From IMG/VR virus record IMGVR_UViG_3300025530_000275, positions 1 to 64,000 of that record: a DNA stretch of 64,000 bases. One strand, 5' to 3'. The DNA comes from a virus. This document shows positions 39,505 through 48,918 of this stretch, piece after piece; positions within the stretch are counted from its first letter, which is position 1; each line of letters starts with the position of its first letter. The notes beneath the pieces are model-generated. The model was not told where the DNA came from and ran no database searches. It saw only the letters and a list, made by a program, of their open reading frames with translations. The position numbers and the translations under genes are program-made.

Positions 39505-41013
39505 TTATATCGCACTTAACGCGTAAAGTTCAGACAGTACAATCGCATAGTCTTTAATAAACGACATGCGTGTACTATATTTGCCATTTGTTCTAGAGAT
39601 ATAATTATATCTTGGGCTGAGAGTATATTCAAATGTCTTAATGAGTCTCCAATCTTTGAGAGGGATATAAGCAAGAGAATCACCATCATAATCTCCAGCA
39701 AATCCATCTAAAAGACTTGGACTTAGACTAAGAGTCAAATCATCTATATCGTCTTTGACCTTTCTTACTCGAAGTAATCTAAAAGATCTATCGGAGATTG
39801 ACGGCTGTCTATTTACCAGCACACTTATAGGAGTTTTACTTCTATCCACAATATTCTGAGCCAAAGCATGTATTTTTGGATTGAATTCTCTTAATGCTCT
39901 ATTCAGAATTGTGTATGCTTCGTTTTCAGTTATATTGTCGAGTCTTCTTAGAAGATATAGAATTTCTAATTCCAGAAATGTTATTGCTGTTACGTATGGA
40001 ATATCAACCTCATCCGGCTTAAGATCTTTTCCGTTCACGATAACAGATCTTGCACCATAGTCAATTCTTACTCCCCCAAATTGGGATCTAAACAATCCTT
40101 CTTTCCCAGCATAGGAGTCCACGATGAACTCATATAGCTCCATATATTCATACTGGATCTCAAAGAGTGCTGGAAGAATTGTCAACATATTACCCACATC
40201 AAGGGAGATCAATTCATATTGTTTCATTATAGTATCATAGTGTGTATTTGCTTTAAATGAACGAATTTTCTCATCAGATTTTATCAGCGGTCTCAATATC
40301 GCACTATATACAGGAATATAAGACGTGAAAATACAATCTTTATATTCCATTACCAACTCATAGATATCTTTCTTTTTTGGAAATTTCTTATAGTAAAACT
40401 CGATTATTTCATCGATCTTCTCCCTAAATTCCAGCATTCCAATATGTGCGTAAGGAGATTTAGGAGATCTTTCATAAATGATATTTCCATTAGAATCCAT
40501 TTTAGAGACATCAACTTTTAGAATATTTCTAATTTCATTTTTTCCAATGAGCATCTGAAGATGGATGAACAATGCTGGGTTAATAACACAATATTCGCCC
40601 AGAGGAATCCATCCCATTATAGTCAGGTCAGCATCAATGAACTCAACTGGTGTTCCGCATTTAGGACAAATTTCATCAATGAATATCGCACCAGCCAAAT
40701 TGCCACACTGGCATCTATACATATCTTTCGTCCCAAGCTGGTCATCGAATTGGGTATGACCAAACTTAGGAGAAAATATCCCATCGACAGTCTTTGTATT
40801 GTTTTTGCCGATAGAGACTGGGTTTGTAATGAGAAAATCTTTCCCCTTTTTCAGTCGCTCCTCGGCAATTTTATTCAGATTGAGTTTAACCAACCTTTCA
40901 GATTTAATTGCTTTTCCGTATTTTTCAAAATAGCGTTCGATTTTGGGGAGCTTGAATTGTTTTACGTCTCCAAGATCCAAAACATCCCCATTACTCATTA
41001 TTTCAATTCCCAA
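39505..41013 (-). CDS. Phage RNA polymerase beta-prime N-terminal subunit, probably non-virion RNAP
   Basis: GIFSPKFG, Zn ribbon CQCG..CPKCG, GKEGLFRSQFGGVRIDYGARSVI, NRQPS, FAGDYDGD. Confidence 0.92.
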   Translation of the reverse strand: MGIEIMSNGDVLDLGDVKQFKLPKIERYFEKYGKAIKSERLVKLNLNKIAEERLKKGKDFLITNPVSIGKNNTKTVDGIFSPKFGHTQFDDQLGTKDMYRCQCGNLAGAIFIDEICPKCGTPVEFIDADLTIMGWIPLGEYCVINPALFIHLQMLIGKNEIRNILKVDVSKMDSNGNIIYERSPKSPYAHIGMLEFREKIDEIIEFYYKKFPKKKDIYELVMEYKDCIFTSYIPVYSAILRPLIKSDEKIRSFKANTHYDTIMKQYELISLDVGNMLTILPALFEIQYEYMELYEFIVDSYAGKEGLFRSQFGGVRIDYGARSVIVNGKDLKPDEVDIPYVTAITFLELEILYLLRRLDNITENEAYTILNRALREFNPKIHALAQNIVDRSKTPISVLVNRQPSISDRSFRLLRVRKVKDDIDDLTLSLSPSLLDGFAGDYDGDSLAYIPLKDWRLIKTFEYTLSPRYNYISRTNGKYSTRMSFIKDYAIVLSELYALSAI

Positions 41014-41051
41014 CTAGAAGTCTCCTCCTTATGTCTATTTTTTTTTACAGA

Positions 41052-41567
41052 TTATCTTCTGTAGCCGATGAAATCCATAAAGTTTTCGAGCAACACGTCG
41101 GAGAAAATATTGCCCAGTTTAGGGCTTACTGTAATATTAAGTTGGGCAATATATTTATTTCTATCTGCATAAGGGAGAATATTTTCAGCAAATTTTTTAG
41201 AAATCAATTCATATTCCCCTCTAAGTCTTTCATATTCAAACTCAGTTTTAGGCTGCTTTTTAGAGATATCCATTATGTCTTCAATAAAATCTTTTGAACA
41301 GATCAAATTATTGATTGTAGACAGGATAACCATAATAGCGGAATTCTGAAGACGCTTTCCATAATAGATTCTTTCAAAAATGGTGAAGTTACTATGGATG
41401 ATATTTTTGATAAATTTAGGGTAGATTACAACTTCAGTTACGTCAAATTTTCTAGATAACTTCAATTTGTATGGGCCGTTATCGACAGTCTTCTTGTCGA
41501 TGATAAATTTGTAGCCCCTAAAATATCTTTCTACCATAGTTTCAATTTGAGTAATAAGTTTTTTCAT
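41052..41567 (-). CDS. Hypothetical protein, early, upstream of the RNAP gene
   Basis: Start moved to ATG 41567 (GGAGG RBS), downstream of the early motif. Confidence 0.7.
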   Translation of the reverse strand: MKKLITQIETMVERYFRGYKFIIDKKTVDNGPYKLKLSRKFDVTEVVIYPKFIKNIIHSNFTIFERIYYGKRLQNSAIMVILSTINNLICSKDFIEDIMDISKKQPKTEFEYERLRGEYELISKKFAENILPYADRNKYIAQLNITVSPKLGNIFSDVLLENFMDFIGYRR

Positions 41568-41672
41568 AACATTGACCTCCATTTTCCTTGATTGAAAGTT
41601 AGGTAAATAGTAAAAATAAAGAGACTTATTAGTAGGAATCTTTTTTAAAAGATTGATATTTAGTCTCACCAT

Positions 41673-41686
41673 AATAATATATAATT
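41673..41686 (-). promoter_or_regulatory. Putative early promoter
   Basis: AATTATATATTATT. Confidence 0.7.
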
Positions 41687-41716
41687 CGTCGTTTAAGATA
41701 GGCTAAATAAATAATT

Positions 41717-41741
41717 CCCTAGTGGGACAGCCCACTAGGGA
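41717..41741 (-). terminator. Intrinsic terminator
   Basis: TCCCTAGTGGG/CCCACTAGGGA. Confidence 0.75.
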
Positions 41742-41746
41742 TATGA

Positions 41747-42742
41747 TTATTTTTCTTCATCTTCAGAAGTTATTTTAATAGCAGAATGAATTAGCCTCAC
41801 ATATGCATTATAGCAAGATTCGGCTACTCCCATTCTGGCTGAATTTATTGAATACACTATTCGATTATATTGCTCCCTGGCATTAACCATATTTTTTGTA
41901 ATTTGATTGGGGTCTTTGCCCTCTTCGCGTTTATCGGGTTTATTAGGATCATCAGATCCAGAAGGTTGCTCTTGTTTATCCACTGTATTAGACGTTACCG
42001 GACCATCTTGTTCAAGCAACATATTGACAGTATCCAGAAATTCATTACTTTCTCTAAATACTGCTGATCTTATTTTTCTTATAGAGTTATTTAAAAATTC
42101 GATAATTTTATTATTTCTAGTATTTATACTTCTGGCAAGTTCCGCATAACTTTCAACATATTTAACCATGTTAGGATATTGTTCCAGGAACATCTTCTTA
42201 TTCATTACAACTTTTTTAGTCCCACCCTGGAATACTGCCTTAGGGTTAAATTCTGTTTTACCATCTTCAGTTATATAGAGATCTTTAAAATATTTCTGCT
42301 TGAATGATTCAACATCCTTAAGCTCTTCCAGAAATTCAGGAGTTTCCCTAAACTCTGGAAATCTATAATTCCTTAGTTTATCTTCGCCCCTCCAATAAGG
42401 ATAAACTTCGGCTTTGAAATTATCTGGGACTTTATCCCCAATGGCAGATTTTGCTTTAACTTTTGCCAACCAAGCTTTATTTTTTGTAATAAGTTTATTT
42501 GCAAGAGTTATGAATTTGCGGGATAGAGCTGTAATTGCGGCAATCAATTTCTTTAATGCTTCTATAAGAATATTTTTATTATTCTCAGTAGCTTCAGTTA
42601 TAAATAAGTGATCCGAAAAGTTTTCTTTTAAGTATACATTATTGAATAAATTTTCAGTTTCTCGTATAATTTCTCTTGTAATTTCAGAGAAATTTTCTAT
42701 GCCATATGAATTATCTGAATGGGTAATAATTATCTCGCTCAT
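41747..42742 (-). CDS. Putative internal head protein (paralogue family)
   Basis: ITEA site followed by amphipathic LKKLIAAI..KFI..NK helix. Confidence 0.65.
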   Translation of the reverse strand: MSEIIITHSDNSYGIENFSEITREIIRETENLFNNVYLKENFSDHLFITEATENNKNILIEALKKLIAAITALSRKFITLANKLITKNKAWLAKVKAKSAIGDKVPDNFKAEVYPYWRGEDKLRNYRFPEFRETPEFLEELKDVESFKQKYFKDLYITEDGKTEFNPKAVFQGGTKKVVMNKKMFLEQYPNMVKYVESYAELARSINTRNNKIIEFLNNSIRKIRSAVFRESNEFLDTVNMLLEQDGPVTSNTVDKQEQPSGSDDPNKPDKREEGKDPNQITKNMVNAREQYNRIVYSINSARMGVAESCYNAYVRLIHSAIKITSEDEEK

Positions 42743-42743
42743 A

Positions 42744-42884
42744 TCAGGACGCCCTCTCTTCTTTATTAGATCTTATAATACGAACCGGTTCAGGTTCTAT
42801 TGCAGTAATATTTAAATTATGAAGAGGTGCTATAATTAAAAGTGTACTAATAATGGAGATACTTCTGATCAATCTTTGCGTCAT
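42744..42884 (-). CDS. 46-aa small ORF with signal-peptide-like N-terminus (below the track cutoff)
   Basis: GGGGGA RBS; MTQRLIRSISIISTLLIIAPLHNLNITAIEPEPVRIIRSNKEERAS; fills the gap and abuts the next ATG. Confidence 0.6.
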   Translation of the reverse strand: MTQRLIRSISIISTLLIIAPLHNLNITAIEPEPVRIIRSNKEERAS

Positions 42885-42899
42885 TCAAATTCCCCCATA

Positions 42900-43775
42900 T
42901 TACGCTGTACTGGAAATAAATCTCACTTCGTCAACGGGAATTTCTGTAGGGGAATCATAAAACTTACTTCTAGCTCTATGTGTGCAGCAGAAATATTTAC
43001 CATTTTTGGCATTCTTAAAGAAACTACATTCAACTTTTCCATATTTCTCTTTAACTGCTTCTCTTTCAGATGGCGTTAAGCTAACTTTTTCGATAGTGCC
43101 TTCAAAAAGAAATGATTGACTTTCCTGGATTTGTATTCTATTTAGAATACCCTTTTTGAGCATTTTATATTCATTAGTAGATTCAATAAAAAAGTCTTTT
43201 ATTCTTGTCACATTTTTAAAGATATCGTCCGGGATGTAGTTTTCATTAACCACATTTTCATTTTCATTAGAGTCTGGAATAAATTCTTCATGGTCTCTTT
43301 CAGCAGTTCCTTTATAAACCCCATAATACGTAGGGGTTGTTTTCAGATCCAACATTTTAATTGCCCCAAATCTATGGTTTCCATCTGTAAGGATTGCTTT
43401 TCCTTTAGATTGCCAGTTGAAACCATGTATCTTATTTACCACTATAAGTGGAGTTATATTACCTTTTTCCTCAATAGATTTTGCAATATCGAATACTTTT
43501 TTCATATTAAGAGGCTTATTAAAGGATTCAATTTTATCGACACTTAATTCCTTTTCTTTCCAATCATAGTTATTTACAAATTTAATACAGGATTTAACTG
43601 CCTTAATTTTCTTTTCAGGTGTGTTATATTCATGACTGCTAGAAAACCCGTAAGCGATAGCTTTCTTTATCTCATCGTCCCCGAAAGCTTCTTCGAACGC
43701 TTTAATCTTTCCATCTTTATCGGGGAGATAATATTCGTTAGGCATTGAGGCTTCTCTTAATAAATCGGTGAACAT
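42900..43775 (-). CDS. ParB/sulfiredoxin-like domain protein plus small C-terminal domain
   Basis: SIEEKGNITPLIV...ILTDGNHRFGAIKML; leader MFTDLLREAS. Confidence 0.7.
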   Translation of the reverse strand: MFTDLLREASMPNEYYLPDKDGKIKAFEEAFGDDEIKKAIAYGFSSSHEYNTPEKKIKAVKSCIKFVNNYDWKEKELSVDKIESFNKPLNMKKVFDIAKSIEEKGNITPLIVVNKIHGFNWQSKGKAILTDGNHRFGAIKMLDLKTTPTYYGVYKGTAERDHEEFIPDSNENENVVNENYIPDDIFKNVTRIKDFFIESTNEYKMLKKGILNRIQIQESQSFLFEGTIEKVSLTPSEREAVKEKYGKVECSFFKNAKNGKYFCCTHRARSKFYDSPTEIPVDEVRFISSTA

Positions 43776-43829
43776 ATGACTTAACCATCCTTTCTTAATT
43801 GTAAATTATTTCTTAATATTTTTACCGTG

Positions 43830-44783
43830 TTAAACTACTAAACTTATAATCTTTTTCAATATTTCAGTTTCCATATTGTATTTATCTTTAAGTGCATCTA
43901 ATTTCTCTTTAAATACCACAGAATATGATTCCATTATTTGAGATATAAATGAAACAATCAGTGCCTGGTATTCTTTATGTCTATTTGCAGTTGCAATATC
44001 TACCACAACTTTTTCCCCTTTATCACTCTTCAAAGATGCCCCAAGAGAATCAACATCAAATTTAACGTTTATCACATTCAATGCAATTTTTACATATTTA
44101 TCATATTCTCTTAGAATATTATCTCTATCAGCTTCAATCATTTTCTTAACATCTTTATATTTTATAAAGTCATCAATCATTCTATTAAGGTCTCTCTTGG
44201 TAAGTTCTTTTACAAATACTTCATCGGAACCCCTGAATATGGATTTAATTCTGGAAGCGAATTCATATTGAGGTACCTTCTCAGAGACTCCTATTATTTT
44301 TCCTCTAATCAGATCCAATTGTTCGGTGTAAATATATTTAAAATTTTCAATATCTGCCGTAGTTATCTTTAATTTGGAAAGATTTGTTATGGATTTCTGA
44401 ATTATATTAAAATAACCATATGACGGCACATTTTTAGGAAAGTTAAATTCCTTATATTCATATACGATATTTTTCAAATCCTCATCGGTTAAATTTTTAA
44501 TGAACCCTGAGTATTTATTCAAAATATACTCGATATAATCAGTTTTCTTCATAAATAAAGAAATAAATTTTTCATACAAATACTTTATAAATTTCACTAT
44601 CTTTTGAGCTACGATATTTATAGCATCAATAAATGCTGATTCGTTGACGATGTTTGAACTTTCAATCATGTAGCTATTTATGATAGATTGGGTCTCAAAT
44701 GCGGATTCTAAAATTTCAGTAATCTCATCAGAAATATTCTCTTTAATAGACTCCTCGATTATGGCATCCGAAAATAATCTCAT
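43830..44783 (-). CDS. Putative internal head protein (paralogue family)
   Basis: IEES, ILES, MIES and VNES sites followed by an amphipathic helix. Confidence 0.65.
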   Translation of the reverse strand: MRLFSDAIIEESIKENISDEITEILESAFETQSIINSYMIESSNIVNESAFIDAINIVAQKIVKFIKYLYEKFISLFMKKTDYIEYILNKYSGFIKNLTDEDLKNIVYEYKEFNFPKNVPSYGYFNIIQKSITNLSKLKITTADIENFKYIYTEQLDLIRGKIIGVSEKVPQYEFASRIKSIFRGSDEVFVKELTKRDLNRMIDDFIKYKDVKKMIEADRDNILREYDKYVKIALNVINVKFDVDSLGASLKSDKGEKVVVDIATANRHKEYQALIVSFISQIMESYSVVFKEKLDALKDKYNMETEILKKIISLVV

Positions 44784-44918
44784 TTTTTATATCCCTACCC
44801 TCAATTTGTTATATAGACATTTATTTAACGTTGTTTTTAATTTATAAGTATTATTCGTAATTGTGAAGGAAAAAAATAATATTAATTGTAGGTTTACTTA
44901 TGTAAAATAAAAACAAAA

Positions 44919-44947
44919 CGCGAGTAGTTCCGTAAGGAACTACTCGC
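44919..44947 (-). terminator. Intrinsic terminator
   Basis: CGAGTAGTTCC-gtaa-GGAACTACTCG plus T-run. Confidence 0.85.
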
Positions 44948-44968
44948 TCGAATGAGGGGAGATGTGAA

Positions 44969-46111
44969 TCAGAATACGAAACCGTTTGCGCTTTCACCGA
45001 TTTGGTCTTCGTCGTCATCTTCCACATCTTCAATATTTTCAAAGAGCGGATCGAACGGAATCACAGCAGCGCTTTCATTTACCGGCTTCTTGTAGCGAGC
45101 AGCGTACATACAGAATGCACGAGCTTCGCTCAGTTGACGTTTCAGAGTGTTCAGCTTCAGGCTGAGCAGCTCAGCGAACACATCAGCAATTGCCGAAGTT
45201 CTCTTGCGAAGGTAGTTGAGATATGCGATCTTGCCGGATGCGAATTTGGCATTGGCGCCATCACCACCGGAACCTTCCTTCTTCGCATACTGAGCTTTTT
45301 GGGAGAGATAATCAACAAGCTTTTTAAATTCGCCTTTGGTCTTCTCCATAATGCTCTTGATATTGCCAGCATTGGCCGAATAATTTTCGATGACTTTGAA
45401 ATAGTCCATAGAGAATGTTTTCGTGGTCTTCTTTCCGCCGCCCAGGAGAGCGAGGCGCAGAGCATCTTTGTACTTGCCCCAATCTTTGGTTTCCGAGATG
45501 TTCACACGAGTCAAGCGGTTTGCAATATCGATCTTCTCAAAGTCGATAGCAGCACGCTTATCTTCGTTGTACTTCTGAACAATTTGGTCCAGTTTGTCTT
45601 TGTTCTGAGCATTGTACTCGGTGCGTGCTTCTGCTTCAATGTCGCTGAGGACAGTTTTCACATTGTCGATGTTGATCACGTCCGGCTTGTAGTCGTATGA
45701 CGTCATCGTAATCTTCGCCATATCCTGAGCCGACAGATTCTTCTTCTCAACTTCCGGCTTGATTTTCTCGATGAACTTCTTGTTGCTTGTCAACAGAGTG
45801 GCGATGAAGTTGACAGCCGAATCAACTATTTTCACAATCCACTCCCACAGACGCTTCAGAGCGGCGACAATCTTGTTGCCGACATGATCGTTTGCTTGTT
45901 CGAGGACCATGATGACGTTGTCATCAACAGAACCTGCACTTTCTTGCAGGGCCTCCGTCATCAGTCCGCGATACGACTGGATGAGAGTGTCGATTGTGGA
46001 ATCCGCCTCGCCAAGATATGCGGAGAACTCTTGCGCATCGAACGCAGAGCTCAATTGCAGTTGAGGTGCGGACTGTGTCGAACCTTCAAAAAGATCCTTG
46101 AACATTTGCAT
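44969..46111 (-). CDS. Putative abundant internal head protein
   Basis: Strong codon bias; AAGGAGG RBS; own late motif (46145-46156) and terminator; LFEG, LQES and VNES sites. Confidence 0.75.
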   Translation of the reverse strand: MQMFKDLFEGSTQSAPQLQLSSAFDAQEFSAYLGEADSTIDTLIQSYRGLMTEALQESAGSVDDNVIMVLEQANDHVGNKIVAALKRLWEWIVKIVDSAVNFIATLLTSNKKFIEKIKPEVEKKNLSAQDMAKITMTSYDYKPDVINIDNVKTVLSDIEAEARTEYNAQNKDKLDQIVQKYNEDKRAAIDFEKIDIANRLTRVNISETKDWGKYKDALRLALLGGGKKTTKTFSMDYFKVIENYSANAGNIKSIMEKTKGEFKKLVDYLSQKAQYAKKEGSGGDGANAKFASGKIAYLNYLRKRTSAIADVFAELLSLKLNTLKRQLSEARAFCMYAARYKKPVNESAAVIPFDPLFENIEDVEDDDEDQIGESANGFVF

Positions 46112-46193
46112 TTCCTCCTTAATATTGTTTGGAATGATTTTCCTTATACCTATGTTACAAGGAAACTGTGGATAGTATTACAATTGGATGTTA

Positions 46194-47288
46194 TTAATTA
46201 TCTTGATTATTTAAAAGAATTATCCAGTGTCCATTTAGTAATTCAGAATGTTTTTCCAGAATCTTTTCATTATTATGAGGGTTGATAATACCCTCCTTAC
46301 TTTCATGATCTTCAGAAATTGTTTCATATCCTCCAATAATGACTTTTCTATAATTGATGCACATTTGTTCGAACAGAGCCAGTTTCATCTTAATAATATC
46401 TTCTATAATTTCAAGACATTTTGTAATCAGATTACATTTGATAACCAAGGCGTTTGTATATACGCTATCCAAATATACATTAGTGTATTTATTAGAAATT
46501 TCTACTTTAAAGGAATTAGCTTCAAATATTTCTTTTTGTATCAAATTAATTATTTTATCAATAGGTTTAGTATCAATGTAGGATTCCCTGAGAGTTCTGA
46601 ATATCTCATCTCCAATTCTTTTAATTTGGAGGTTATTTTCTTTAACAAGGGAATTTTTGATAACTTCTTTTATATTTAAAATATTATAAGAATTCGGCAC
46701 TCCTAATGCAACTCGTTTCAATGTTTCTTCATACTCATGAGAATTATTTTCATATCTATTGACTATGCCGATCATAGCCTCGGGCGAAACACTATTATTT
46801 CCATAAATATTAAAACCAATTTTATTGAAGATATAGTCAATTACTCTATTATAAACGTCATCCGGCTCCAAGTTATCCAGAGTATATTCAGGAATTTGAT
46901 AACTCCATTTATGTCTGTCAAGGCGTTTCAGAAGAGGTTCATAAATTTCAATGACCTCTTTATTGACGTTCTTCAGGAAGTCCATTTCTTCCATAATAAT
47001 ATTTTTATAGATAATCAGAACGTCTATGCTAGATTCATATGTTTTAACTATATCGTCTAAGGTTTCGACACAATGTGCCTTCAGATCAGATTGCACATAT
47101 TCATTGTATACATAATTTGATTCGCGCAAGGAATTTTCTATAGTAGAATTATATTTTTCCATAGATTTACCAAACTCTATGCCAGATTCAGAGAGAAGTG
47201 AATTGAAATAATTTTTATTTTTTTGAATATTAATGGCTAATGTATCCCTTTTCATAGTCTTTCTCTCTAAAGTGAACAAAATAATCAT
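46194..47288 (-). CDS. Putative internal head protein (diverged paralogue)
   Basis: LSES and LRES sites; NKEVIEIY..YQIPEY; late motif 47306-47317. Confidence 0.6.
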   Translation of the reverse strand: MIILFTLERKTMKRDTLAINIQKNKNYFNSLLSESGIEFGKSMEKYNSTIENSLRESNYVYNEYVQSDLKAHCVETLDDIVKTYESSIDVLIIYKNIIMEEMDFLKNVNKEVIEIYEPLLKRLDRHKWSYQIPEYTLDNLEPDDVYNRVIDYIFNKIGFNIYGNNSVSPEAMIGIVNRYENNSHEYEETLKRVALGVPNSYNILNIKEVIKNSLVKENNLQIKRIGDEIFRTLRESYIDTKPIDKIINLIQKEIFEANSFKVEISNKYTNVYLDSVYTNALVIKCNLITKCLEIIEDIIKMKLALFEQMCINYRKVIIGGYETISEDHESKEGIINPHNNEKILEKHSELLNGHWIILLNNQDN

Positions 47289-47355
47289 CCTCCAGTATTA
47301 ATTATTATAAAACTGTTTTTCAAATGAAAAAAGGATACTCTTTTATGAGCATCCT

Positions 47356-48528
47356 TTAATGTATGATTCCATCATCATTATCCTCATACCAGAAGACATT
47401 ATCGTTATAATGAAGATCGTCCGGCTGTTCAAATACCCAACTCAGATTATCAATTTCGCTTTTTAGATGTATAAATACTTCAGCGTGCATTGTCGCAAAA
47501 ACTTGTATTATTGACATCTGATATTCAATCAGTTTTACTATCTTACCCAAGGCGGAATTTAGATTTTCAATTGTTTTTCTATCCAAAGAAGAATCCATAG
47601 ATCTATTTGTATTTATATCAAATTGTAATCTATTTATATGCGTTTGAAATTCTTTCTGTACATTATCAAGGGATTCGGGTAACGTCTTTTGTATCCATTT
47701 CGCAAAAACTTCACATTCATAATCTATCTTCTCAAGTTTTCTTGTAAGCTCTAATAAAAAAGTTGTAGTTACTTCTTTGGTTATTACATCACCATACAAT
47801 TTTTTAAATACCTGCTTCTTATCATATTCTACAGATAAAGATTTTTTAAATATTTTATCAAAAAAGTTTTTCTTTTGAAGTAGTTCATCTGTTGATATTA
47901 TTTCTTCATGCTTGGATGGATCATTTTTTAGCCGATCTATATAATCAGATATGGTTTTATATACCTTCATAAATCCTTCTTCAAAGAAGTTCTCCCTTTT
48001 AAATATGTGCTCAAATAATGTCACTTCATGCCTTTCTGGTATATATTCTATGGCCCCCGAATCTCGCCTATAAAACTCTTCATCATCAACGGGTTCATGT
48101 GATGGTTCGGGTTCAGGCGGAATATCTTTTACCTTAGTTTCAGTATTAACTCTTTTAACTTCTTTAGGTTTATTATAGGATGGTGCCTTTCTACCACTTT
48201 CAACTTTTTTAGCAGCAGTCCTTGCATCGCGGACTGTCTGTTTTGTCCCCTTTCTAATCCCAGAAAATTTACTAGCTATAAATCTAACAAATTGCATTAT
48301 TTTATCCCTAAGCCATCTTAATACTCTTTTAATAGTTTCAAGTAAAGATCTTTTTGTATTATTCATACTAACTTCCATTATATAGTTAATATCAGAAGTT
48401 AAAGAACTTGAAAGCATAGTGGTAAAATCTATATAGGAGTGCTCATATAGTGGAGAGAAATCCTGTGACTGTATATCTTGAAGCGAATATCCCTCCTTAA
48501 TAAAACGAAGTTTCTTTTGTATGTCCAT
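47356..48528 (-). CDS. Putative internal head protein
   Basis: Leader MDIQKKLRFIKEGYSL; LLETIKRVLRWLRDKIMQF helix. Confidence 0.65.
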   Translation of the reverse strand: MDIQKKLRFIKEGYSLQDIQSQDFSPLYEHSYIDFTTMLSSSLTSDINYIMEVSMNNTKRSLLETIKRVLRWLRDKIMQFVRFIASKFSGIRKGTKQTVRDARTAAKKVESGRKAPSYNKPKEVKRVNTETKVKDIPPEPEPSHEPVDDEEFYRRDSGAIEYIPERHEVTLFEHIFKRENFFEEGFMKVYKTISDYIDRLKNDPSKHEEIISTDELLQKKNFFDKIFKKSLSVEYDKKQVFKKLYGDVITKEVTTTFLLELTRKLEKIDYECEVFAKWIQKTLPESLDNVQKEFQTHINRLQFDINTNRSMDSSLDRKTIENLNSALGKIVKLIEYQMSIIQVFATMHAEVFIHLKSEIDNLSWVFEQPDDLHYNDNVFWYEDNDDGIIH

Positions 48529-48569
48529 ATATTAAACTCCTTTGAAAATAAATATCAAACTGAAGCTTT

Positions 48570-48812
48570 TTACTGCAAACCTTTAGCCCTGAGTTCATAA
48601 ATACGTTCCTCTAACCTGTCAATTTTCTCTAAACATCTTTTTTTCTCCATAGGATCTTTTGCTACAAGAGCTCTTGTTTTTTCAGCATCCAGTTCCTTTT
48701 TGAGTCTATATAATTCTTCAAACTCCTCTTTAGATAGTGCCATTTCTTCAATATATACATTTTCATAAGTTCCTTCCAAGATACTTTTAAGCTTTTCTTT
48801 AATAGAGCTCAT
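48570..48812 (-). CDS. Small helical protein with KLKSILEG leader
   Basis: GAGGTGAG RBS; 80 aa. Confidence 0.7.
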   Translation of the reverse strand: MSSIKEKLKSILEGTYENVYIEEMALSKEEFEELYRLKKELDAEKTRALVAKDPMEKKRCLEKIDRLEERIYELRAKGLQ

Positions 48813-48863
48813 TACATTCTCACCTCATTTATTTCTTATATAAATGTCTCAAATCAAAAGAAA

Positions 48864-48894
48864 ACTGAGAGCCAAATTTTTTATGGCTCTCAGT
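48864..48894 (-). terminator. Intrinsic terminator
   Basis: ACTGAGAGCCA/TGGCTCTCAGT plus T-run. Confidence 0.75.
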
Positions 48895-48918
48895 CATTTT
48901 TATTAATTTATACACACA

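Noticed and set aside
36970-41013. Introns or inteins in the RNAP genes (also nrdE and the helicase), or a bacterial rpoC
   Set aside because: Motifs are collinear in uninterrupted ORFs with no intein termini. The proteins are about 500 aa, split and DYDGD-type, unlike cellular RpoC.
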